Below the pieces are notes generated by a model that worked only from the letters and a program-made list of their open reading frames with translations, was not told the DNA's origin and made no database searches. Positions 44,886 through 58,818 of a stretch of DNA of 64,000 bases are shown here, piece by piece. The translations under genes were made by a program, and so were the position numbers. Position 1 is the first letter of the stretch. Each line of letters starts with the position of its first letter. Location of the stretch: NCBI RefSeq assembly GCF_009914755.1, contig NC_060926.1; one strand, written 5' to 3'. This DNA is from the human T2T-CHM13v2.0 reference genome, Homo sapiens.

Positions 44886-46159
44886 TTCTCTGTTTTTTTT
44901 TTCAAATTCAGTACCAGTAAGTGATGTGACAGACACAGAATTCCATGAGCACAAGGAAAACTAAATAAAGTCTTCACTGTTCTGAACAACAACTGAGGGG
45001 ATAAGACACATTGGTGTGATTTTTGTTGTTTATCATGGTATTGATATTTTGGATATTTGGACTTTTTAATGAAATTCTTAGATAAATAAACTTATAAGGT
45101 CAAGAAATTATTCTTAAGTAATACTGATTTTGACTATTGAAATCATCACATGCATGTAGGAGAAATGTCCATCCACTCTACTGTGAAATGAATGTTGAAT
45201 TTTTCTTTAAATCATGGAGTTTAAGTATAGCGAGTTTTATACACAACTTCCTCTGTTCTTAGATTTTTATCAAAATAGGTCTCATTTGCAAAAGTGTGGG
45301 CAAGATCATGTATAAACTGTGTTCTCAGGAAGTAAGCGATATTAAGAATTTCATATGGGAGTAGAATCTGTGTTCTTGGCCTTGTATAATGTCACAATGT
45401 CAATGCTCAAGTTATATACATCACTCACTCATGTAGGTGCCTTCCAGGGAACAAAGAGCTAAACAAAGGGCTGTAGAAATGATTCAAGATCTAAGTCACA
45501 TAGTTTTCATAATCTTTTATTTTACCTTCATTCCTATTTAAAGTATTATAATGCCAGTATTTTTAATTGGCTATACCCAAGGCGGAATTACAAAGTGCAA
45601 TGTGAAAACCAGGAAATTTAGAGTTTACTAGGGAAGGTCACAAGCTTAAAATGAGAGAAAAAGGATACATCACCTATATTTATTTTCCATGTGCTCAGAA
45701 ATTGTTCAGCTTGCCAACACACTGATGTATCATTTACTTATAATAATGCATTAATCACAATAATGAGCAATCAATTTTTGGATGTTAAATGAACACTCAA
45801 AATTAGAAACCCTGTCATTTAGAAGGCCAGTTAATGAGAGCAAGGTGAAAAAATCACTTGATTAGGCAGTTGACTTCTTTAATACAAATGTTTGTGTCTC
45901 TCTGAATTTAGAGTTTGCTGAACAATTGAGTTTTTATGCAAATTTTCTTCAAATTAGATAGAATAAACTACTTTTAAGAGAAAATTTTAAGTACAACAGC
46001 TTCATCGAGCACTTTATACATATTTGATACTCATGTTGGATGTAATTGAATTGCTATGGTTTGTGTGAACTAGAGAATAGGAAATTGCTAACTTCAATTG
46101 ACTGGGTATGCTAAAAAAAGGCAGTACAAAATTCAGTATGTTGATTTATATAAAATATA

Positions 46160-46337
46160 TATATACATATGTATATAGACATATACATATCTATAGATAT
46201 GTTCCTATATAGAGATAGTTCTTATAGCTATAGATAGCACATTTACATATATACATGTATATATAGACATATACATATCTATAGATATGTTCCTATATAG
46301 AGATAGTTCTTATGGCTATAGATAGCACATTTACATA
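46160..46337. repeat. 2x88-bp tandem duplication in TA-rich DNA
   Basis: CTATAGATATGTTCCTATATAGAGATAGTTC at 46191 and 46279. Confidence 0.93.
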
Positions 46338-46532
46338 CATACATATACACACACACATATATATATGTATATATATTTCTGTATCTGAAAATTATGTCTT
46401 CTTTGGGAGCAAATTTGCCACCCATTACGGATGAGAAGCCTTTGCTTTCATAGTTTCTCCAACATCAGAGGCTTTGCTTGCTTCCATATTGCAACTAACT
46501 TTCTTGTCATATAAGTAGTCAATGGTCCAGAG

Positions 46533-46865
46533 CAGGGATTGGCAAGCTGTAACCCAAAAGTCAAATCCAGCCTGTTAACAGTTTTTGCACAGCCTATGAA
46601 CTAGGAATAGTTTTTATCATTTTAAATGGTTGAAATAAATAAAAAATAATATTTGTGACACATAAAAATTATATGAAATTCAAATTTTAGGGTCCATAAA
46701 TAAGATTTTATTGTACCACAGACACATTTATTCATTTTCACTTGTCTATAGTTGCTTTTTTTGTTACACTGGCAGAGTTGAATAGTTAAAACAGAGACAG
46801 TCTGGTCAGCAAAGATGAAAATATTTACCATTTAATCCTTTAATGAAGAAGTTTTTTAACCCCTG
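46533..46865. mobile_element. MER58B-like hAT-Charlie MITE, complete
   Basis: CAGGG...CCCTG terminal inverted repeats and an 8-bp TSD GTCCAGAG/GTCTAGAA. Confidence 0.88.
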
Positions 46866-47185
46866 GTCTAGAAGGCATAGTGTAGAAAATAAGTACCTTG
46901 GGAGTGGGGCTGAAGTGTAACATAGAAGTCAGCTTCTATTCTTTTTTCTGTAAATAGGTAAAATGGGATAAAACCATTTTTTTTCATCTCTGCTTATCTT
47001 AAAACTTTAAGGTACTATTCAATTTCATGTTTTATGATTAATCTCATTTTACTCTAAATGTGATAGGCACTTTTTTTTTTTATTGGTTAGTGTTCTAAAT
47101 TTAATTCTATGGGACCCAGATTTCTTAATTCAACAGAAAAAATATGCTGAATTGTGTTTGGTTATTTTGAAGTCTGTTATGTAAG

Positions 47186-47551
47186 TGTCACGTGCGTCCA
47201 TGTGAAGAGACCACCAAACAGGCTTTGTGTGAGCAGTAAAGCTTTTTAATCACCTGGGTGCAGGCGGGATGAGTCCAAAAAGAGAGTCAGTGAAGGGAGA
47301 TGGGGTGGGGCTGTTTTATAGGATTTGGGTAGGTAGTGGAAAATTACAGTCAAAGGGGGTTGTTCTTTTGCAAGCAGGGGCGAGGGTCATAAGGTGCTCA
47401 GTGGGGGAGCTTCTGAGCCAGGAGAAGGAATTTCACAAGGTAATGTCATCAGTTAAGGCAGGAACCAGCCATTTTCACTTCTTTCCTGATTCTTCAGTTA
47501 CTTCAGGACATCTGGATGTATAAGTGCAGGCTTGGGCTCAGAGGCCTGACA
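47186..47551 (-). mobile_element. HERV-H solo LTR (LTR7 family)
   Basis: The minus strand begins TGTCAGGCCTCTGAGCCCAAGC and retains TATA (CCTATAAAA) and ATTAAA. Perfect 5-bp TSD GTAAG (47181-47185, 47552-47556). Confidence 0.95.
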
Positions 47552-47764
47552 GTAAGTTCTTCTATGTAAGAACAAATTAAGGCCCCATTGTAGCACATTA
47601 TACTACTTTACTAGATAGGACACACTTCTGAGGTCTTTCATGTCAAAGTATCTAACATGAGACCCTGTGTGCCTTGTCACCCAGCATGCTCAATGTATAA
47701 AATAAAATTGTGCTGTGTTCAACGTAGTTTATTGTAATGATAAGGACACTAATATTAAGAAATG

Positions 47765-47915
47765 TCGTGATTTATTGGGCACTATTTTGTCCCAGGACTG
47801 TTCTAAATGCTTTATATGTATTAATACATTTAATCCTCACAATAATCCTGTGATTTCTAATTTTATTGCCATTTCACTGATGAGAAAACAGAAGCAGATA
47901 GGACTCCATAAGATG
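47765..47915 (-). mobile_element. MIR
   Basis: ggactgttctaaatgctttata...catttaatcctcacaataatcctgtga...tgagaaaacagaagc. Confidence 0.8.
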
Positions 47916-49085
47916 TTGTAACTCTGTTCAAACTGCTCTATTTCCGAACTTCATGAAATTCAAGATCTCTGAAGTCAAGCTTGAAATCATTTTGGAGGAG
48001 TAACATGAACACAGCACTATTTGGGGCTGGTTAACCTCCTTTCCTTCCTTTACTTTAATGTTACACTGAAGTGCTGCAATTAAATCAGAATGTCTTTGTG
48101 ATCATACGTTCTCCATTCAAAACGTATTTGTATTGTTACTCTATGGGTGAAACCCTCCAAACTGCATAGCAACCAAATGCCTTAGTTCCTCATAACATTG
48201 AAAAGAGAGGTGCTATCAGATACTCTTCTGTACACAGTTTTGAATGACTTACTAATGAACTCTTGTTAGTGATTCAATAGTATCATACTACTCATGTGAA
48301 TAATTTGACACACTTTCTATATCTGAACAAAGTGGGACAATCTTGTGGAATGTAGTTCATTTGCATAACATTCCCTCCAGATAAGATCTACATAGTTACG
48401 CAAACACTACATATATTTAGGAGTCAGATGCATTATGCATGCCTATTTAGAAGAGTCAAATATTTGAATATTAATCATCTTTTTTTTTCTCCTACCTGTA
48501 GTATTCTTTTTATGTTCCCTCCCTTCCCTCAATACCACACAGGTGACCAAACATTTGGATTTTCCTCTCTCAGGAAAATCGTGACACAGGGGTCAAAACC
48601 AGAAGATACTCAGGGACATCTGTCTTTCTGTAAGCTATGAAGGAAAGGTGAGCCCTTCAATTTTAGAGAGTGTGTTGGAAACTCCCTGGGGCTGAGAAAG
48701 AGACCAAGGCCCTGGGAGCTTTCCTAGTGGAGATTCCCATTTTCCTTTAGCAGCTCCAGGAAGGGAGCCGGAATTCAGAAAAAAAATGGCTTAACTCTAC
48801 ATGGCCCCAGCTTTTCAACCTCAGCAAAAGTGTTTGTTCATCAAGCATGGACTAGAAGCAGCCCAACTGTTGGATATCTGGACCCATCTTGGCTCAGACA
48901 ATGAGATTATTAGTGGTGCCTATTATGACTGAAAATTAGAGACACTTATTCCTTTTGTGAAGCATTATCAGGGTTCGCTTCATTCTCGAGCAGCCTTAAG
49001 GAAGGATTCAGTTCTCCAGTGAGTTCATGTGAATAAATTTTTCTCCATCTTAGCAGGAAAGTGGCTTTTATTTGGATTTCATTTA

Positions 49086-49448
<363 letters not shown>

Positions 49449-49547
49449 CTAAAATTATGGCCACTGCGTGTGTACATATGTACAAAACAAATACTTTTTT
49501 CCAAATATCCCTAACCATGTACCATTATGTCATTCTCCTCTGAGTCA

Positions 49548-50480
49548 TATTGATGGAAAAAACAAACTGTAAAATATTTAAAGAGGTTTATTCTGAGCCA
49601 ATATGAATGACCATGGCCCAGGGAACTGTCTCTGGAGATCCTGAGAAAGTGTGCCTGAGGTGGTTGGGTTACAGTTTGCTTTTATATGTATTAGGAGACA
49701 TGAATTGTAGGTAAAACCATAAATCAATACATGGAAGGTATACACTGATTCAGTCTAAAGAGGCAGGATGTCTTAAAGTGGGGGCTGGGCTGGGGGGGTG
49801 GCACTTACAGGCCATAGATGGATTCAAAGATTTTCTGATTGGTAATTGGTTGAAATAACTAAGCTTTGTCCAAAAAACTTCCAGTCAGCAGAAAGTTGAG
49901 TTAAGTTAAGGGGGGTTGTAGAGGCCAAGGCGCTTGTTACACAGATGCAGCCTCCAGGTAGCAGGCTTCAGAGAGAATAGATGGTAAATATCCCATTTCA
50001 GACCTAAAGGTATCAAGCTCTCATTTAATCTCCCCTGGATCTGGGAAAGACGTAAAAAGGGAAGACCTGTCTGAATTAATGGAGATTCTCTACACTTGCA
50101 AATTTCCTCCGCAAGAGGTGGCTTTGCACATCCATTTCAAAATAAGTCAAAGAAATATGTTTTGGAGTAAAATATTTTTATTTCTTTCAGGGTCTGTTAT
50201 CTGTCATATGATGCTATCCCAGAATCAGGTTTGAGTTTGGTAACTTATTGCCAAAATGAGTCTGTTTTGGCAGTCTTGTGATCTCTGCTTATATTAATAG
50301 TTAATGCTGGTGAGTTGTGCCTTAACTCCAAAAGGGAGGGGGCATAACACGATGTGTTTGACCTTCCTTCCCGTCATGGCCACCAAGAATGCAATTTTTC
50401 AGGATTCTCTGGGGTCTCTTTTGCCAAGATGGGATCCATTCAGTGTGTTGGCAGGCTTAGGATTTTATTTTTGGTTTATA
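49548..50480 (-). mobile_element. MER4-family (MER4D/E-like) ERV1 solo LTR
   Basis: The minus strand begins TATAAACCAAAAATAAAATCCTAAGCC. Perfect 4-bp TSD GTCA (49544-49547, 50481-50484). Confidence 0.85.
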
Positions 50481-52319
50481 GTCACATAAAAATATACCTA
50501 AGTGTCAATAAAAAGGATTATTCAATTAACAAACACATAAACTCTTACTTTAATTTCTCAGCATGTTACATGAAAAATAGCACATTGGCTCTCTATATAA
50601 AGAGCAACAGCATGCTCATCAATTGCTATCTTTCATATGTATTCTGTTAGTTTTGGACACGTTCTCTGAGACTCTTCTTCTGGCCCATTGTTTTTGGTTT
50701 TGTTTTGTTTTTTTCTCAATGTGGGTGAAGACTCTTGGGTACATAATCTATCTTCACAAAGAATCATAGTGTATCCCCTGGCAGTCATTTAATTTCCCGC
50801 CACCAAAGAGCAGCAGTCAGGAAATACCCAACAGAAATACCCAATAAGATCTGTCAGAGTGGATTTGACATTTCTACTTAATTATTCTTGGTAAAGGATT
50901 TGAGATTTTCTAATAGAAACTTCTATGTCAGGACAATAGATTGTAATTTAATTTGAAACTATTATCTTGCCTTGTTCTGCTTTCAGAAGGACTTGTAGAA
51001 AACAGGCTTTAATAGGTAAATAACAGCAGTTGCAAATAAAAGTGGAATATTACAGATTCCATTTAGCAAAGGCCAAATGGCCAATTCTATGAGAAGAAAA
51101 GAAATTTAACTCACCATAAGCCTATTTATTGCAGAGACAGAAAATGTTACCCTCTTGTCCACTGTTTATGACATTTCTTTAATAACATACTATATTAAGG
51201 ACTAAACTTAAATATAGAAGTTTAGTTTCCCATCTCCATATATTATTGAGATTTTGTTTAGTCTATAAATTAATTTCACTTGGGGCATCTGAATGCTGTG
51301 CAAAAACAGATACGCAAAGATTAGAAATTGCTGTCATTTTTTTCTTTTCTAGGAATCCACTGATAATACAATAAAAAATTCCAACTTTTACTTAAGCAGT
51401 CACTATCTATGGTAGTATCTGGAAAGAGTGTTGATTGGCCATTCTAAAAAAGCCTAATCTCATTTGAGAGAAGATATATTTTAGTCACAGTTCAGATAGA
51501 ACATGGTATTTGGAGACCATTAGTAAGTCCTTGGTTCTGCCTGTAGGCAGAAAGTCAGAATAAGATAGACTGAGCTGTATATAATATGCCATTCTTACCA
51601 AAATAATTTTTTTAAGTGACTGATCATTGATTTCTCGTGAACCACAGAGGAAGACCTTTGAAAATATGGAGAATAGATAAGAGCCAACAAGGTGTGATGT
51701 GAGGGTTAAGTGAAAGGCCATATTCTCTAAAATATGCCCAAACTACAGTACCACACTGCCAGAAATACTTCCAGAAATAACAGCTTCCTTAGCTTTCTGG
51801 TGCTTGTTCTTTTTTATTTATTTTATAAATTAAAATATTCAGTGGCATATTAGAAATAATTATTTAATCTAACTTATAAGATCTTAAAGCTGGGTGTTGT
51901 GGTTGTGCTGGAAGCTGAATAGGTAGGTAAAAAGGATGTCGAGGTCTGCTCTCAGCGAAAAAGCTTTGGAAGGGGAGGTAACTCAGTGAAAAGCTCTGGA
52001 AGGGGAGGTAACTGGGTGAAGGGAAGGGAAAAAGTAAATGTCATCTGCTCAACAGTTCTCTTTAGGAGTTATGCTAGCTATAGGATTATAGTATTATCTC
52101 CTTTGAAGTATTTCTTTCCTTGTTAAATTCTTTGAAATATAGAACTCCGTATATATTAAAAGCCTGGTAGTCTTGTGGCCAGTATTTTTCCCCACCGTGG
52201 AGCCTAATATGTATTTATGTTGTATTTAGTATTCCTCTTTCTTTATCAAACAAATAACAATCAATTTCTTAACAAGATACAGTTTTATGACATGAAGGTT
52301 TCGGTTCATTCTTAGAGAT

Positions 52320-52677
52320 TGGACTAGTTAGGGTTCTCTAAAGAAACAGAGCCAGCAGAGCAGGAGGTTTAATTCAGTCTAAGTCAAAGAGCTATGACCA
52401 AGAGCTCTGATGTCTGAGGGCAGGGCAGAAGATGGATGTCTCAGCTCAAGAGGAGAGAGTGAATTTGCCTTTCCTTTTCCTTTTGGTTCTACTGGATCTG
52501 TCAATGGATTGGATGATGCCCACCCACATTGGTGAAGGCGAGCTTTACTTAGCCTCCCAGTTCAAATGCTAATGTCTTCTAGAAACACCCTCACAGACAC
52601 ACCCAGAAATAATGTTTTCCCAGCAGTATGGGCATGCCTGACCCCAGTCAAGTAAACATACACAATTAACTATTACA
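52320..52677 (-). mobile_element. MLT2 (HERV-L) solo LTR, internally deleted
   Basis: tagggttctctaaagaaacagagcc...gaaacaccctcacagacacacccagaaataatg...aattaactattaca. Confidence 0.85.
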
Positions 52678-52684
52678 AAGGCTT

Positions 52685-53100
52685 AAGATAGTATACTGTT
52701 ATAACATTCTAGGACAGACTGCCTTGTATAAAAATGTAGCTCTTTTTTTCTAGCTGTGTGAATTTGGCAACCTAATTTCTTCTCTTGTTATCCAAAACAA
52801 ACAAACAAACAAAAAAATACAATACAATACAATAAAATGAGGATAATAATACCAAATATATAGCCCAGTTTTTGGTAAGGTTAGATTGTGTGTGTGTGTG
52901 TGTGTGATTGAGAGAGAGAGAAAGAGGACCTCATCTGGCACACACTAAGGGCTAAATAATTATAGTTATTGTTTATTATTGTTCATTCAAGAAATATTCA
53001 ATAAGTACATATTTTCTGCCAAGTACTGTCTTTGGCACTAAGGATAAAGCAGCAGAAACCAAACCAAACTAGAGACTATAGTCACATAAAGCTTACACCA
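52685..53100. mobile_element. MIR (+) followed by L2 3' end (-), with (TG)n(AG)n microsatellite
   Basis: tagctgtgtgaatttggcaac...aaaatgaggataataatacc, then ttcattcaagaaatattc...tgccaagtactgt. Confidence 0.6.
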
Positions 53101-54339
53101 TGAATTATAAGACTTAGCTATTATAATTGCCTGTTATGAAAAACATTACATCTAACACGGAAAAAAAAAGCCTTCTCCCACAATCACACAAAAGAAATCC
53201 TCTACCAAGACTACAAATTGTAGAGGAGGCCACAAAACTGCACTGTGCTTTAGAAGATTTGCTTTATTCACTTACAGGTGTGACCAATAGCTAAGACAAT
53301 GCAGCTAAAATAATAAAAAAATGAGTGTGCCATAGACAAAGCTAAATAAAAGTTGTTGCTTATTTCTTTTTAGGCAATTTTTTTAGTAGTTCTCCCAGGC
53401 CATTGACATCTCTTACTTTTTCATCATGACAACAAATATCCTTAAATCCTGACGCAATACCTGTCATCGTTTGACACTGCATTCTGGAGTCAATCTAAGA
53501 CTGTGAGAGTTTATATAGTCTAGTAACCCAGGAAGAAGTATTTGATAATTATCTAATCCAGTGGCCAATTAAGATCAAATAAGTTCAATGAAATCTTACT
53601 AATATTTTATAGAAATAAATAATATTTTGAAAAATATTATGATAAAGTCTTCATTGCTTGGAAATCATTCAAAAATTCATAATTTTGTGACTTTTTCATT
53701 TGTCCTCAATAGAATGAGAGAATAACTTTAGATAACCCATTTATTCACCCAACTAGTCCTCTCCAGGTAACATTGATCTGACTTCTTTAACCTTCCTTAA
53801 TAGATTAGGAGGAGAAGGCGTCATTTCTTAAAAAATCATTGGATTAGATGGTTTATCTTACTTGGCAAAACAAAGGAGTTACCGAATTTTATAGTTGAAA
53901 GCAACAATATGGATCGTCAAAGACAGTAGCTTTCAAGCTTTACTTTCTTAAGCTTTGTAATTCTTTCTTCAAATAAAAATTTATGCAGAAGTCCAAAATG
54001 TAAAACAGATAAAAGGAAAGATACTCTGATTGAAATGAGGTACAGGCTCTGGAGCTCAACTCCAGAGTTGCAGTGTAAATTCATTGCAAGCCAGGAGGTT
54101 CTAGTTTGAACTTCTCTAACCAAATTCAAGTCTTTCATTTCTCATTTGAAGAAATTTAGGGTTGGCGAGGTCAAAATAAATACCATAGGTGAAAATAAAT
54201 ATCTTTGTTTAAGGTCAGAGAGCTGGCACAAACAGGGCCAGGAGTAGAACCAAAATCTCCTGATAGCTACTCCAGATTTTTTCCCCTTTACATTAAGATA
54301 TAATATTTGGCACTAAGATTAAATTGAAGGTTAAACCAA

Positions 54340-56316
54340 GTAATGCACTACTGTTCCGCTGCCAAGGTAACATAATAAGTAGCACTGTGGGCTGGGAGCT
54401 ATTTCTACAACCTCTTTGGAAAATAGAATTTGCCACCATCCTTCCTCTGACCACAAGATTTCACATTCCTCAACCATGAAAAATACATTTATCCCCTCCT
54501 ACACGTATCCAAGTTTCATCGCATTGCTGTATCAGCTCAAAGTCCATGCTTCCATTATCAAATGCAGGTCCAGGTTCGGAGGATCCTCAGATACATTTCC
54601 TCAAAGACAGTTCTTTGTGTACCATTCCTCTTCATCTGAACACTAATGAATTAGGTACACATTATCTTAAACACCACACCCAGCAAATGAGGGTGGGGTA
54701 GGCATGGGATAAATTCTATAGATACTCATGTTTAGAAACTGGAAGAATTGGGAGGCCCGTAACAGCTACTGATCCATAGCAATTCAGAAATACAGTCAGG
54801 AAACACGCTGCTAGTTCATTGATTTGGGCTCAGTCCTACTGTCTGAAAATGATTCTGCATTGCTCTTGGTTTCATCTTTTGGCTTCTTGTTTTTGCCCTG
54901 TTAGCCATCCTTTCTTTTCTATAAGAAACAGCTGATGCTTGAAGCTAAGGAGTTTTCTCAAATGGCTTCTGTCTTATAGTAGCTCAAGAATCTAAAGACC
55001 TTTTTTCATTTTAAACTACCTGTAATTTTAGGTCATGATGACAATGTTTTCTTGACCTCTCCTAAAAATGTTTGGGATCTCTATAAGTCTTATTGGAGTT
55101 CAGTCCACAAAGCTACATCCCCATCTCTCTTTGATATAAGCCCTTGTCTACTTGGGACATTTTTTGAAACTGCTATGGAACAATACTGTTAGTCTTAGAA
55201 GCCTGATTTAAGATGTAGGTTTTGAGATTCTTAAGTCTTTTTTCTATTTGAAGAAGTATACTGCCTTAGGTGATATTGAGGTCTTAACAAAGAACTTTGC
55301 AATCTTACCTTTGGCTTCATCTTTGAACAATATTTTTCTTCTTCCAGCTCCCTAGATTTAATATCCACCTAGAGGTTTCTTATTAATCTTAGCATATCTT
55401 GCAACCTGAGCAATAAAAAATGAGGATCGGTTTTATTTTCAAACTCATCAAGTCCTTGTTTCCTTGTATGTAACAATTCTTTCCTTAACTTATGTATTTT
55501 GTTTCTTTAGTTGGCAGCTAGAAGAAGCTAGAGATGTAATACAATATTTTACCTGAATATCTTCTTAACTAAGTCACAGAATTCATTAGGTTTTTTTTTC
55601 TTTTTTTATTGTCACAGGTAATAGCATTGCTCAACTTTCTACCACTACATAACAAGAGATTTTTATCCTCCATCATTCAGTTTTATTTTCTTCATTTTCC
55701 TTTGAGTCTTCACAGACATTCTTCTCAGGGATCTTCAGGCTTTTGCTCACATTCTCAAGGATTTCTAGCTTCTGTTGACCATCCTTTCTCAAAGGCAATG
55801 CCACATAATTTAGTGTTTATTATAGCAGCATCCACTGGTCTGATTGCAATGACTGGATAACAAACCATCCCCAAGTTAGTGAGAAATAACAACAATCGTT
55901 TATTATTATTATTAAATTTCTTATGGTTTGAGGAATTTACTGGGCTTAGGCAGTTCTCTTTAGGCATCTCTTGTGGTTGTTTTCAGATAATGGCTGCGGC
56001 TGGGGTCATCTCTAAGGCTTTCTTATATTTCTGGCAGTTGATGATGGCTGTTAGCTAGAATCTCAACAGCATCTCTTTCTGACTGGATCCCAGTGGTAAG
56101 TTCCACAGAGAGAAGCAAGTACAGGCTCTTGCCTTTGATGAACTAGCCTCAGACATCACATAGCATTAATTTCAATGTACTCTATCAGTCAAGGCAGTAA
56201 GGAGAACCCACCTAGATGCAAGGAGAAAAGACTAAGCACCTCCGTTAGACAGAGAAGTACATGGTAAGAAGTGTAAGAGTGAGGGGAATCAATGCCTTTG
56301 GAAATTAGTATTCCAC
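54340..56316 (-). mobile_element. Old MaLR provirus (MLT1G/H-like): partial LTR, internal region, LTR
   Basis: LTR at ~55836-56316 (taacaaaccatccccaagttagtg...ctagcctcagacatcacatagca...ttccaca), with MLT1-int-like sequence at 54436-55835. Confidence 0.6.
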
Positions 56317-56754
56317 AAACGCTTACTCCAAAATGTCAGCTGTAATGCATTGAATAGCAGAAAGAAAACATAATGAAAACAATATAATAGTGATATTAAA
56401 CTATTTCAACTCCAATGGATGAAAACTGCTTAGTGTGTTTTTATTAATAATAGCTACTAAATACAATCACATTAGAGATATTTGAAAAATTGTCTATCTC
56501 CATGTTCTAATGTTTGAAAATAGATCCAACAAAATGTATGATAGTTAATTCTGGTAGAAAGTAAATATTTCATAATACATGAGAAAATTCATATTCAGTA
56601 GAACAAATAAATATTTCAGACTGTCTTGAAGAGAGAAAATGGCCTGAATATGAAAAGAATAACTTCCCTATTAAATTCTAAGATAAAGTTGTGTGATAAA
56701 AAAACATAATTTCTGAAAAACTGAATTTGATGATATTTAACCCTGTTTGCTTAA

Positions 56755-57053
<299 letters not shown>

Positions 57054-57599
57054 GTTTCTCTTTTTTAAAAGAGATTTTATTGTAAGATAAAGTGTATAAA
57101 AACAAAATAAAACGTAATTACCTTAAATGATGCAGCTACTTTTGGGCAGCAATTCAACATGCTTTTGACTACATATTGGAAAAGATCTCTCATCCTTTCT
57201 TGTGGGAAAGGAAGATGGGACTAGATTAATGGGTTTCAATCTATTAGAGTTTTAAGATTGTTGGCATCTCAAATCAGGAAGTACTTAAGTCATATCCCAA
57301 ATCAGGAAGTACTTATGTCATACTTATATCAAGTTCAAGTAGATGATCATCTTAGTAAATGTCATTTTTAAAAAATGCCCTCCTATTATTAAGTTAAACT
57401 TACCTCCCATAGTAACTATATCTGTATATTATTCCCTTGCCTATAGGCCTTTAAAGAATTCCAGAGAGGGAAAATATTTATTGAATGTCTAATATGTGCT
57501 AGGCATTATGCATGTCCTTTTAACATGGTATCTTTTATTTCCCTCATGGCCGATTCTGATATAGCTATTCTTATCACCATTCATCTTAGGGCTTGTTTG

Positions 57600-58030
57600 C
57601 TTGTTGCTTTATTTTATTTAAAAAATACTTCATGAAATATGACAGGCATGTAAAAGCATAATGAATACTTGTGTATGTATCACCCAAATTAAGAAATAAA
57701 ATATTCCAAATAAAATAGAAGTCCTCTGTGTGCCTTTTCATGACCCCTTTCCCCTCCTTCCTATCCGTGAAGTAATTATTATGGATTTGTTGCTTTCATA
57801 CATAAAACAATATTATATTGTTTTTCATGGTTTAAAATATAAATGATGTCGCTGTATCTACTGCAGTGTTGCTTTCCTGAAAATTATATTTTTATTTTTC
57901 CCATGTTGATGCAGGAATAATTCAGATTTTTTTAACAGTGTTTAAGTTGTATAATATTCATTATGTTTATCCATATTTTTAACATAGATGATTACATTAA
58001 TATTTTTTACCAGTACCAATCATTTTAAAA
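57600..58030 (-). mobile_element. L1ME-like 3' fragment
   Basis: atgaatacttgtgtatgtatcacccaaattaagaaataaaatatt...gaagtcctctgtgtgcc. Confidence 0.65.
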
Positions 58031-58783
58031 TGAGTATTTTATATTTATTGGCTTCTGTCTAAGAAATTAGGATCAGGATTAAGCCCTTCATGCCCATCCT
58101 AGTCTTTCAAAATATAATTCATAATCTTTTGTTAAATTAGCATTTACTCTACATATCATTATGAATATGAAATACCACTCATAAGGAAATTGTACAGAGT
58201 TTTGCAGTTAGTTTTCACTTCTTTTTCTACTTCCCCCAAACCTCCCACTGTTACTATGGGATGGGAAGGTGTAAGGCAGGGAAAGATTGCTATTTGGTTT
58301 TGTAATTGTGTTTTAAAAGTAGGTAAGTGGCACTTTAATGAAAATTTAACTTATTAAAATGAAAGGGAAATCTGTGTCAGAAAGGAAGAAATAAAGACAA
58401 AGAGGGGGACGTATGAGTGAATTTTCTATTTATATTTATTACTTTGTAATTCTATCTCATTTTTAAAAATATATTTTTCATTCCCTTTCATGGAAAATGA
58501 CTTAGAGAGCTGAATTTCAATTTAGTCTTCTCAAGCTGGCTGATTCTCTATCCAGAATGTTACTCTTGATGCAGGAGTAATTCAGATTTTTTTAACAGTG
58601 TATAAGCTGTATAATGTTCATTATGTTTATCCATTTTTTAAAATATAGATGATTACATTGTTTAAGATTTTTCACCAGTACCAGCCATTTAAAAATGAAT
58701 ATTTTAGACATTATTTATTGACTTTTGTCTAAGAAATTAGGATCAGGATTAAGCCCTTCATGCCTACCCTAGTCTGTCAAAAT
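57906..58783. repeat. ~210-bp spaced direct repeat (57906-58113 and 58566-58783)
   Basis: Both copies run TTGATGCAGGA...GTCTAAGAAATTAGGATCAGGATTAAGCCCTTCATGCC...CAAAAT. Confidence 0.93.
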
Positions 58784-58818
58784 TGCACCCCAACAGGGTT
58801 GCTCATGAAAGTTTCTAC

